Shown: piece by piece, positions 35,087-44,000 of the stretch
How positions within the stretch are numbered: position 1 is the stretch's first letter
Layout of the letters: every line of letters begins with the position of its first letter
From: Planctomycetota bacterium
GTDB taxonomy: Bacteria; Planctomycetota; UBA1135; UBA2386
Reading direction: 5' to 3'
NCBI GenBank assembly: GCA_016794425.1
Contig: JAEUHR010000017.1
Span: forward strand, 32,670 to 96,669
Length of the DNA: 64,000 bases
Position numbers and translations under genes: made by a program
Notes under the pieces: generated by a model
Seen by the model: only the letters and a program-made list of their open reading frames with translations
What the model was told of the DNA's origin: nothing
Database searches by the model: none

Positions 35087-35952
35087 CGGGCGCCTCGTTC
35101 GGCGAAGCGCAGCGCGGCGAAGCGGCGCGCGGTCGCGGTGACGGCCTGTTCGATCGGGATGCGTTCGGTCGACGAGCCGGTCCAGAAACCGTCGAGCGTG
35201 CAGTGGTCCAGCATGTACTGCGCGTCCTCGGGCGTCTCCATCGCGGCACCGTGCGCGATCAGGATCAGCTCCGGGTCGATCGCGCGCAGCCGCCGGTGCA
35301 CCGCGTCGGTGCGCGCCGCGGTCGCGGCGATCGTCTCGCCGGAGTCGTAGCCGCGGCGGCCGCCCTTCGTGGTGCCGGCGTGGAAGCAGAACACGTCCGG
35401 CCGCGCCTGTTCGACCAGTTGCACCGAGTCGGCCTCGTCGAACGCGAGCCCGATCGTGACGTGGCCGAGCTGCCTGGCGAGCTTCAGCATGTCGATCTCG
35501 TGCTGGAACGTGATGCCGGACTTCGTCAGCACGCGGTAGACCTCGCTGTCCTTGTCGACGTAGCTGATCGACGGGCCGATGTTCGACACCGAGCAGACGC
35601 CCATCGCCAGGAGCTGCTCGAGCACGAGCCGCATGTCCTTCAGCGGGTCGTTCGCGTTCAGGCACGCGCAGACGAACGCGGCGCCGCTCATCGCCGGCAG
35701 GATGTCCTCGCGGGTGTAGTCCAGCGTCTGCCGGTTGCTGTCGAGGATCGGCCACAACATCGCCATCGTGCCCATGCCGTTGGCGCGCAGCCGGGCGCCG
35801 GCGAACGTGTTGACGCAGTCGACGCCGGACTGCTCGAGCAGCTGCGCGACCAGGCCGCTGCCGGCCGAGGCGATGAAGATCGGCTGCCGCCGCGCGACCT
35901 TGGCGCGCAACCGGGCGAGGATCTCGGAGCGGGACGTGCGGGGGACGATCAC
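35083..35952 (-). CDS. Phosphoenolpyruvate hydrolase-like TIM-barrel protein (Tm-1 C-terminal-like)
   Basis: RSEILARLRAKVARRQPIFIASAGSGLVAQLLEQSGVDCV...VCSVSNIGPSISYVD...FCFHAGTTKGG. GTG 35952 is chosen as the start, giving 289 aa. ATG 36021 would overlap the divergent ThuA-like gene by 32 nt. Confidence 0.7.
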   Translation of the reverse strand: MIVPRTSRSEILARLRAKVARRQPIFIASAGSGLVAQLLEQSGVDCVNTFAGARLRANGMGTMAMLWPILDSNRQTLDYTREDILPAMSGAAFVCACLNANDPLKDMRLVLEQLLAMGVCSVSNIGPSISYVDKDSEVYRVLTKSGITFQHEIDMLKLARQLGHVTIGLAFDEADSVQLVEQARPDVFCFHAGTTKGGRRGYDSGETIAATAARTDAVHRRLRAIDPELILIAHGAAMETPEDAQYMLDHCTLDGFWTGSSTERIPIEQAVTATARRFAALRFAERGAR

Positions 35953-35989
35953 GGCGGCGATGATCGCCGCGCCAACCGAGGAAATCACG

Positions 35990-37048
35990 ATGCTGCGCGC
36001 CGCCGTCGGAACGATCTGCACGCTGGGGCTGCTGACGGCCCAGGCCGGACCCGACCCCTGGGTCGTCTACGCGGGCCGCGGCGACGGCCCCGGCGCCGGC
36101 GCGCACGTGGTGTTCGTGACCGGCGACGAGGAGTACCGCAGCGAGCAGGGCATGCCGCAGCTGGCGCGGATCCTGGCGCGGCTCGGTTGCCGCTGCACGG
36201 TGCTGTTCGCGGTCGCCGCCGACGGCACGATCGACCCTGGCGTGCGCGACCGCATCCCGGGCCTCGCGGCGCTGCGCGACGCGGACCTGATGGTGCTGTT
36301 CACGCGCTTCCGCGACCTGCCGGACGCCGACATGCAGCACATCGTCGACTACGTCGAGGCGGGCCGGCCGATCGTCGCGCTGCGCACGGCGACGCACGCG
36401 TTCGCGCCGGCGGCGACGCGGCGGTTCGCGCACTGGGGCTGGGACAGCCGGCAGTGGGACGGCGGCTTCGGCCGGCAGGTGCTCGGCGAGACCTGGGTCG
36501 CGCACCACGGCGCCCACGGCACGCAGAGCGCGCGCGGCGACGTCGTCGCGGCGCAGCGCGAGCACCCGATCGTGCGCGGCATCGCGCCGGGTTCGATCTG
36601 GGATCCGGCCGACGTCTACGCGGTGCGGCTGCCGCTGCCCGCCGGCTGCACGTCGATCGTGCAGGGCATCGTGCTCGACGGCATGGCGCCCGACAGCCCG
36701 CCGGCGCAGCCGATCGTCGACGCCGCGACCGGCGCGCGGCAGGATCCCAACGACCCGGCGATGCCGCTCGCGTGGACGCGGTTGTGGCGGGCGCCGAACG
36801 GCGTCGACGCGCGTGTGTTCACGACCACGCTCGGCAGCGCCGAGGCGTTCCGGCACGAGGGCTCGCGGCGGCTGCTGGTCAACGCCTGCCTGTGGGCGCT
36901 CGGCCGCGAAGCGGCGATCACGGCCGCGCTCGACGTGTCGCTGGCGGGGGAGTTCGCGCCGACGCGGTTCGGCTTCGGCACCCACCGAGGCGGTGTGCGG
37001 CCCGCCGACCTGGCCTGGCGCGACGAGCCGGCCCCGGCCGCGAAGTGA
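35990..37048 (+). CDS. Secreted ThuA-like (class-I glutamine-amidotransferase-like fold) protein
   Basis: Start at ATG 35990 with GAGGA 8 nt upstream. Signal peptide MLRAAVGTICTLGLLTAQA, then HVVFVTGDEEYRSEQGMPQLARIL...DLMVLFTRFRDLPDADMQHIVDYVEAGRPIVALRTATHAF...TTTLGSAEAFRHEGSRRLLVNACLWAL. Confidence 0.75.
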   Translation: MLRAAVGTICTLGLLTAQAGPDPWVVYAGRGDGPGAGAHVVFVTGDEEYRSEQGMPQLARILARLGCRCTVLFAVAADGTIDPGVRDRIPGLAALRDADLMVLFTRFRDLPDADMQHIVDYVEAGRPIVALRTATHAFAPAATRRFAHWGWDSRQWDGGFGRQVLGETWVAHHGAHGTQSARGDVVAAQREHPIVRGIAPGSIWDPADVYAVRLPLPAGCTSIVQGIVLDGMAPDSPPAQPIVDAATGARQDPNDPAMPLAWTRLWRAPNGVDARVFTTTLGSAEAFRHEGSRRLLVNACLWALGREAAITAALDVSLAGEFAPTRFGFGTHRGGVRPADLAWRDEPAPAAK

Positions 37049-37054
37049 CGCGCG

Positions 37055-40000
37055 TCAGCGGTGGCCGTGGCCGTGGTCGTGCGGCACCGGCGGCGCGGCC
37101 GGCGCAGTCGGCGCATCGGCATGCGCGCGGTGCCACGCCTCGACGTCGTCGGTGACGACCAGCGTGCCCCACATCAACGTGAAGTGGCCCGGCACCGTGC
37201 AGACGTACTCGTAGTCGCCGGCGGGCAGCGCCGGCACGGCCAGCGCCGCGCGCTGGCCCGGTTCGACCAGCGCGGTCGCGGCCACGAGGTCGTCGCTCGG
37301 CGGCACGTAGGCGCGGCCCTCGGCGTCGAGCGCCAGCGGCGACATCGTCGCCGACGCCTGGCCGACCGCGAACCGTGCGCCGGGCTTCACGACCGCGAGG
37401 TTGTGCGCCATGAAGTCGTCGTTGTGCAGCAGGAGCTCGAACGCCTGGCCGGCCTCGACCACGAGCCGTGCGCGGTCGTAGCGCATCTGCTCGCGCACCG
37501 TGTGCAGCACGAACCGGCGCACGCCGAGCGCGCGCAGGCCGCGCCGCAGCATCGCCGCCTCGTCGCTCGCGGCGAGGCCGGCCAGCTCGTCGGCGCACTG
37601 CGTCGCGGCGAGGAAGTCGGCCGCCGTGCGCTGCGCCGGCGGCACGGTCTCGGCCCAGGCCAGCACCGCCGCCGCGCCGGCGGCGGCAAGGTCGGGCTGC
37701 CAGCGGTCGCGCGGCAGCTGCAGCAGCGCGCGCGCGGCCGCGCCGCGCAGCGCATCGTCGCGCAGCGCCGCCGACAGCCACGCGAACGCGCGGTCCGGCT
37801 CGGCGGCCGGCAGCAGCGGCAGCGCCTGCAGCGCGGCGGCGCGCACGGCCGGCGCCGCGGTTCCTGCGTCCAGCACCGCGTGCACGGTCGCGGCGAGCGT
37901 GCCACGCAGGTCGGCGCGCGGCAGCATCGCGATCGCGGCCAGCACGTCGGCGCGACCGGCGTCGTCGGCGGCAGCCGCGAACCGCGGCGCGCCGTCGCCG
38001 GCGAGCGCGCACAGCGCCGCCAGCGCGGCGTGGCGCACCGGCGGCCGCCGCGCGCCGCGCGCCAGTTCGTCGAGCGCCGGTTCGACCGCGCGCAGCGTGT
38101 CGGTCGGCTGCGCCACCAGCAGCCGCGCGGTGTCGAGCGTCGCGTCGGTGTCGTCGCGCGCGTCCTGGCGCTGCAGCGACGCGACCAGTTCGATCGCGGC
38201 GGTGCCGGCGTGCAGCGCGACCAGCCGTTCGAGCGCGGCGCCGCGGCGCAGCGCGTCGACGCTGCCGCGGTCGAGCCGTTCGCCGAGCACGGCTGCGGTC
38301 GGCGCTGCGCGGCGCAGTTCGTCGTCGGTCAGCCGCGGCGCGAAGCGGACCGCGAGCGCCGGGTCGTCGGGCTGCAGCACCGTGTCGGCCGGCACCAGCG
38401 TGCGCAGCTGCCGCAGCGTCTCGCCGAACACGTAGTCGAGGTGGTGGTCGAACGGCAGCGCCAGCGCCGCGAACGCGACCTGCGCCGCGCGCATCGCGTC
38501 GGCGCCGTCGGCGAAGCTCGCGGCGCGCAGCGCGTGCAGCCGCACGCGCGGATCGTCGTCGGTCGCCAACGGCCGCACGCGATCGAGCCAGTCCGGCACC
38601 TGCTCGCGCCAGTCGCACAGCACCTTGGTCGCGGCCGCGCGCGCGCGCGGCTCCGGTGACGTCAGCACGCGCTCGAGCAGGTCGCGGTCGACGACGGCGA
38701 GGGCCTGGCACGTCCACAGCGCTTCGAGCAGGTGGTGTTCGTGGCGAGGATCGTCGACGTCGAGTTGTGCCAGCCAGGCCGGCAGCGCGGCGGTCACGTC
38801 GGCCGGCGCGTGGCGCGACAGTTCGAGCTTCGCCAGCGTGCGCACGTCCTGCACCGGATGCGCCAGCAGGGGCAGCAGCGCTGCGATCGGTTGGTCGGCG
38901 ATGCGCGGCGGCCGCGCCAGCGGTCGACCCTCGTGGGTGATGCGGTAGATGCGGCCGTGCGCGTGGTCGCGGTTCGGATCGCGGATGTGGTGCTGCAGAT
39001 GGCCGATCAGCGCCTGGGCCCAGTCGGCTATGTAGAGCGCGCCGTCGGGACCATTGCCGACCGCGACCGGGCGGAACGTCGGCAGCACCTTCGGGTCGGC
39101 GGCGACGACGTGCTCGACGGTCGTGCCGCGCAGGCCGGCGCCGTCCTGCTGGACGTCGACGCGCGTCACGGCCTGCAGGCCGATCACGTTGAGGTTCAGG
39201 AAGTCGCCCTGCCAGTCGTCGGGGAAGTGCGCGCTGGCGACCATGCCGGTGCCCGGGCACGGCCGCGACGGCCGGTCCCAGAACTGCGGGAAGTCCGGGT
39301 GCTTGCCGCGGTCGAGGCGGCCGCTGATCGCCGGGCCGAAGAACGTGTGGTTGCCGGTCGCGTTGGTCAGCAGGTCGTTGCCCCACTCGTCCCACACCTT
39401 GCCGTGCGCGTTGACGAACTCGTACGGCGCGTAGAGCTCGACGCGGCCGGTGCGCGGTTCGAAGCGCCAGATGCAGCCGTCGGCGTGGCGCAGCGGTCCG
39501 CGCCAGGTCTCGATCTGCGTGCGGTGGAAGTAGCCGTCGCTGAGCGTCGTCGCGAGCGCCGGGTCGAGGCCCATCGCGTTCGTCGTGTGGTGGCTGTCGG
39601 CACTGTCGATGCCCATCAGCACGCGCTGCATCCGGTCGGCGCGGCCGTCGCCGTCGGTGTCGCGCAGGAACCAGAGGTCGGGCGCCTGCACCAGCAGCAC
39701 GCCGTCGCGGCAGAACGTGAAGCCGGTCGGCGCGTTGAGGTCACTGGCGAACGTCGTGCAGGTGTCGGCGCGGCCGTCGCCATCGTCGTCGGTCAGCACC
39801 AGCAGCGCGTCGCCGCGCGCGGCGTGCGGCGTGCGCGACGGGTAGTTCGGCCAGGTCGCGACCCACAGGCGGTGGCGCGTGTCCCACGCCATCTGCACCG
39901 GGTTCACCAGCTCGGGGAACTGTCGTTCGCTGGCGAACAGGTTCACGCGGCAGCCCGGCGCCACCTGCAGATCGGCGACCACCGCCTCGGGATCGGGGTA

Positions 40001-41035
40001 GCTCCACGACAGATCGGCGCGATCGCCCGGATGGTTGGTAGCGACCGGCAGCGGCGGCGGCAGGTCCGGTGCTGCGGCCGGCGGCTCGCGGCCGGCCGCC
40101 ACGGCGTGCACGCGCGCGTCGTGGTGCCGCGTCATCGCGTCGCGGATCGCCATCTCGCGCAGCAGCACGGTGCGGTTCAGGATCGGTTCGCCGGTGACGC
40201 CGCTGTGGTCCTTCGGCGCGTACTTCTCGTACGAACGCCCGCCGAACACGTTGTAGCCGTCGATCGTGCGGTAGCGCTGGTGCCAGCAGCGGCTCTTGGC
40301 GCGGACCTCGGCGAGCAGCAGCGACGCGACCGGCGCCGGCTCGTCGCCGAACAGGCCGCGGCACAGCACCGGCGCGAGCTGGCGGTCGCCTTCGTCGTCG
40401 AGGTGCAGGCCGTTGACCGTCAGCGACCGGTCGGCGGCGGCCGCGAGCGCGTAGAGCGCGAGGCTGGCCGTGAACAGGTCCACGCACGGCACCGCCGCCG
40501 CCGCCGCGACCTCCTGCACCGCCGCCGCGTAGGCCGCGAGCTCGGTGTTGCGCTGCGTCGGGTCCGGGAACGCGGGGTCGCGGTGCCGTTCGGCCGCGAT
40601 CGGCGTGCACAGCGCGACGCGCAGCGACCGACTGCGCAGGTCGTCGACGAACGCCCGCAGCGCGGCGCGGAACGCCGGCAGCCCGGCGGCGCCGGCGTGC
40701 GACTCGTTGCTGCCGTAGCAGGCGATCACGACCGTGGCGCCGACGTTCGCGAGCCACTCGTCGCGCGAGCCGAAACCGTCGCTGCGGTGCCACGTGGTGA
40801 CCTCGTCGCCGGCGACCGCGAGCGTGCGCACGACCAGTTCGTGCGACGGGAACGTGGCCTGCAGGTGCGCTTCGAACCAGCCGGTGTGTTGCCAGCGGTC
40901 GGCCAACGCGCTGCCGAGGATCGCCACGTGGTCGCCGCGGCGCAGCTCGAGGCGGGCCGGTGCGGTCTGCGCCGCGAGGGGGAGACTGCACAGGGCCGAG
41001 AGGCCGAGCGCGCGGCAGCGGTGGGTTCGCATCAC
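37055..41035 (-). CDS. Secreted multidomain protein: SGNH-hydrolase-like + PVC-type 'membrane-bound dehydrogenase' beta-propeller + HEAT repeats + C-terminal cupredoxin (type-1 Cu) domain
   Basis: Signal MMRTHRCRALGLSALCSLPLAAQ. SGNH-like blocks (VAILGSALAD, YGSNES, VNGLHLDDEG). Propeller region (DTRHRLWVATWPNYP...DGDGRAD...GALYIADW). HEAT-like helices. C-terminus HNDDFMAHNLAVV...YEYVCTVPGHFTLMWGTLVV supplies His/Cys/His/Met copper ligands. His-rich tail PVPHDHGHGHR. No CxxCH anywhere. Confidence 0.85.
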   Translation of the reverse strand: MMRTHRCRALGLSALCSLPLAAQTAPARLELRRGDHVAILGSALADRWQHTGWFEAHLQATFPSHELVVRTLAVAGDEVTTWHRSDGFGSRDEWLANVGATVVIACYGSNESHAGAAGLPAFRAALRAFVDDLRSRSLRVALCTPIAAERHRDPAFPDPTQRNTELAAYAAAVQEVAAAAAVPCVDLFTASLALYALAAAADRSLTVNGLHLDDEGDRQLAPVLCRGLFGDEPAPVASLLLAEVRAKSRCWHQRYRTIDGYNVFGGRSYEKYAPKDHSGVTGEPILNRTVLLREMAIRDAMTRHHDARVHAVAAGREPPAAAPDLPPPLPVATNHPGDRADLSWSYPDPEAVVADLQVAPGCRVNLFASERQFPELVNPVQMAWDTRHRLWVATWPNYPSRTPHAARGDALLVLTDDDGDGRADTCTTFASDLNAPTGFTFCRDGVLLVQAPDLWFLRDTDGDGRADRMQRVLMGIDSADSHHTTNAMGLDPALATTLSDGYFHRTQIETWRGPLRHADGCIWRFEPRTGRVELYAPYEFVNAHGKVWDEWGNDLLTNATGNHTFFGPAISGRLDRGKHPDFPQFWDRPSRPCPGTGMVASAHFPDDWQGDFLNLNVIGLQAVTRVDVQQDGAGLRGTTVEHVVAADPKVLPTFRPVAVGNGPDGALYIADWAQALIGHLQHHIRDPNRDHAHGRIYRITHEGRPLARPPRIADQPIAALLPLLAHPVQDVRTLAKLELSRHAPADVTAALPAWLAQLDVDDPRHEHHLLEALWTCQALAVVDRDLLERVLTSPEPRARAAATKVLCDWREQVPDWLDRVRPLATDDDPRVRLHALRAASFADGADAMRAAQVAFAALALPFDHHLDYVFGETLRQLRTLVPADTVLQPDDPALAVRFAPRLTDDELRRAAPTAAVLGERLDRGSVDALRRGAALERLVALHAGTAAIELVASLQRQDARDDTDATLDTARLLVAQPTDTLRAVEPALDELARGARRPPVRHAALAALCALAGDGAPRFAAAADDAGRADVLAAIAMLPRADLRGTLAATVHAVLDAGTAAPAVRAAALQALPLLPAAEPDRAFAWLSAALRDDALRGAAARALLQLPRDRWQPDLAAAGAAAVLAWAETVPPAQRTAADFLAATQCADELAGLAASDEAAMLRRGLRALGVRRFVLHTVREQMRYDRARLVVEAGQAFELLLHNDDFMAHNLAVVKPGARFAVGQASATMSPLALDAEGRAYVPPSDDLVAATALVEPGQRAALAVPALPAGDYEYVCTVPGHFTLMWGTLVVTDDVEAWHRAHADAPTAPAAPPVPHDHGHGHR

Positions 41036-41087
41036 GAGGACGACGAGGGCGGCGGGCAGGGGCGCGCCGATCGTAGCCTCGCTGCCG

Positions 41088-44000
41088 TCACGGATCGCGC
41101 GCGACGCGGAAGCCGACGTGGTCCCAGGCGCCGGTGCACAGGAGGCCGTCCTGGCGCAGTTCGTCGACGCGCAGGTCGCGCGGCTCCGACAGCCAGCTGC
41201 CGCCGCGCGCGACGGTGCGGTCCGGACCGGTCGCGACCCACTCGGCGGCGTTGCCGATCAGGCCGCGGAAGCCCCACGGATGTGCGCTGCCGGCGCGCGG
41301 CAGCGCGTCGACCGGCGCCAGCGTCGCGAACCCGTCCTCGACCGGCTCGAACGCGGTCAGCCCCGGCGCCCGCGCCTGCAGCAGCAGGTCGGCGAAGTTC
41401 GCCCGCTGTTCGAGCGGCCCGTCGTCGCCCCAGCCGTAGCGGCCGCGCGAGCCGGCCCGCACCGCGCACCACCATTCGGTCTCGGTCGGCAATCGCAGGC
41501 CGTGCTGCGCACAGAACGCGCGGGCCTGTTCCGGCGTGATCTGCGTGACCGGCCACGCGGCGCGTGCGGCCGCGTCGGTGCCGGCCAGCAGGTCGGGGTG
41601 CAGCGGCACGCGCCAGTCGGCGTCGGCGCGGTCCTGGAAACGGCCGGCGCGTGGATCGAACACGCGGTGCGGCGCCGACGCGGCCGGCGCCTGCGACGCG
41701 AACTCGGCCCAGACGGCGACCGGCACCTCGGTCTCGGCCAGGTAGAACGGCGCGTGGCCCTGCAGCAGTGCCAGCGCGCGCGCGTCGCGGCGCGGTGGCG
41801 GCGGCAGCTCCTCGTCGCGCAGCGGTCGCACCAGCCGCAGCACCAGCTGCTGCGCGCCGACCGCCACGACGACACGTTCGTAGAGGTCGAGCGTCGGGTC
41901 GACGGTGCTGCCCTCCGCCGGCGTGCCCCAGCGTGGGCCCGGCAGCGCCTTGGCGCCGTTGCCGGCGCGCGGCGACGTCAGGTCGCGTCGGCTCTCGTTG
42001 CCGAGCGCGTCGAACGCGACCACGGTCACGGCGCCGGTCTGGTTGCGCAGCGGGAAGTCGATGCGCCCGTCGTCCGCGGCCGGACGCAGCGCGCCGTCGA
42101 GCTGCACTTCGCACGGCCCGCTCGGGTCCTCGACGCGCAGCAGCCAGCGGCCCTCGGCCCACCAGCTGCCGTCCGGCGCCGCCGGCAGGATCGACGGGCC
42201 GCTGCGGTCGACGAACAGGGACGCGAGGTGCGGCACGGCCGAGTTGCCGGCCCGGTCGCGCGCCAGCAGGCGCAGCGTCGCCACCTGTTCGATCGCGCCG
42301 GCGGGCAGCCGCGCGCGCAGCCGGAAGGCGCCGTCGGCGTCGGTCGCGACCGGTGCCGCGTCGTCGACCGCGATCGTGCCGGGTTCGTCGAGGCGGCCGG
42401 TCAGTTCGACCTCGTCGGCGCGCGTGCGGGCCGGATGCGCCAGTGCGTCGGTCCGCAGGCGCGGCGGCGTGCGGTCGACGACGACCGCGACGGCCGCCGG
42501 CACCGGCAGCTCGTTGCCGGCGGCGTCCTGCGCCTGCAGCGCGAACGCGACCGTGCCGTCCGCGGCGGGCAGCGGCAGGCTCAGCGCGAACGCACCCTGC
42601 GCATCGGTGCTCGTGGCCACGTCGTCGCGGCCGACCACGGTCACGCGGCACGGCTCGTCGGCGCTGCCACGCAGCAGCAGCGTGGTCGCGGCCGTGTGCG
42701 TCGGGCCGTCGGGCAGGCTCAGGCGCGGCGGGCGCCGGTCGACCCGCACGGTGTGTTCGCTGCTGGTCACGACGCGGCCGGCCACTTCGGCGCGCAGCTG
42801 CACGCGGTAGTCGCCGTCCAGCCCCGGCGCATTGGCGACCGTGAACGCGAACGCGCCGTCGCGTTCGCCGAGCGCCACGTCGAGCGTCTTGCCGTCGGGG
42901 CGCACGATGCGGCACGACGGTGCCGTCGGGCCGGCGTGCACGGTGCCGTGCAGCGCCAGCACGTCGCCGTTCGTCGGCGCGTCGGTCGGCGCCAGCTGCA
43001 GCGCGAGGCAGCCGCGGGCGACCGCGACCGGCACGGTCAGCGTGTGGCGCAGGCCGCTGCGGGTCTCCTCGACGACGAACGCCAGTTCGCGCGGACCGTC
43101 GGCGTCGGGTGCGCGCCACTCGCCGCGCCAGCCGTCGCCGTCCGCGGCGGCCGGCACCGGCGCGCCGTCGAGCGCGACCGTGAGCGGCAGTGTGCCGTCG
43201 CGATCGCGGCGCCGCAGGTGCACGGGTTCGCGCGCGCGCGCCAGCGTCGCACCGGCTGCCGGCGCGACGACCTCGAGCGCAGCGGCGAGCCGCGGTGCCG
43301 CGGCCGCGGCGAGCGGGCTGCGCCGCGCGTCGATGCGCCGCCGCGCCTCGTCGGCGTCGGCCGGCGAACCGAGCCGGTCGGCGAGGCCGGCCGCGGTGCG
43401 CAACTCGGCCAGCGCCGCGAACGGATCGGCGGCCTCCTGCCGCTGCGCGGCGCCCAGGCGCGCCTCGATGCGCAGCCGCAGCGCCGCGTCGCGGAAGCCC
43501 GGCAGCGTCTCGAGCCGGCACAGCAACTGCTCGGCTTCGTCGAAGCGCTGCTGGTAGATCGCCGCCATCGCTTCGCGCTGCAGCGCTTCGGGATCGAGCC
43601 GCGGCCACGCGACCACGCCGGCCGCAGCGACGATGCCGAACGCGACCAGGGCCGCGGCGGCGCGAGCCCGGCGCCCGCGCGCCGGTGCGGCGGCCGGACC
43701 CGGCGCTGCGGTCGCCGGTGTCGGCGGCGGTGGCGCCGGCGGTGGCGCCGGCGGCGGTGCCGGCGGCGCAGCGCGCGTGACGACGGTCGGCGCCTCGGGC
43801 CGGAACACCAGCGTCGGCGCATCGCCGGCGCGCGGCGGCGCGGCCGCGGTGTCGGCCAGGGTCTGCTGCAGCTCCAGCAGTTCGGCGTCGTCGGGTTCGT
43901 CGCCGTCGACGACCGGTGGCACGGTGAGCCCGACCAGCGCGTCGTCACCGCCGCACAGCGGCGCCAGCTCGGCAGCCAGCGCGCGCGCGTCGGCGTAGCG

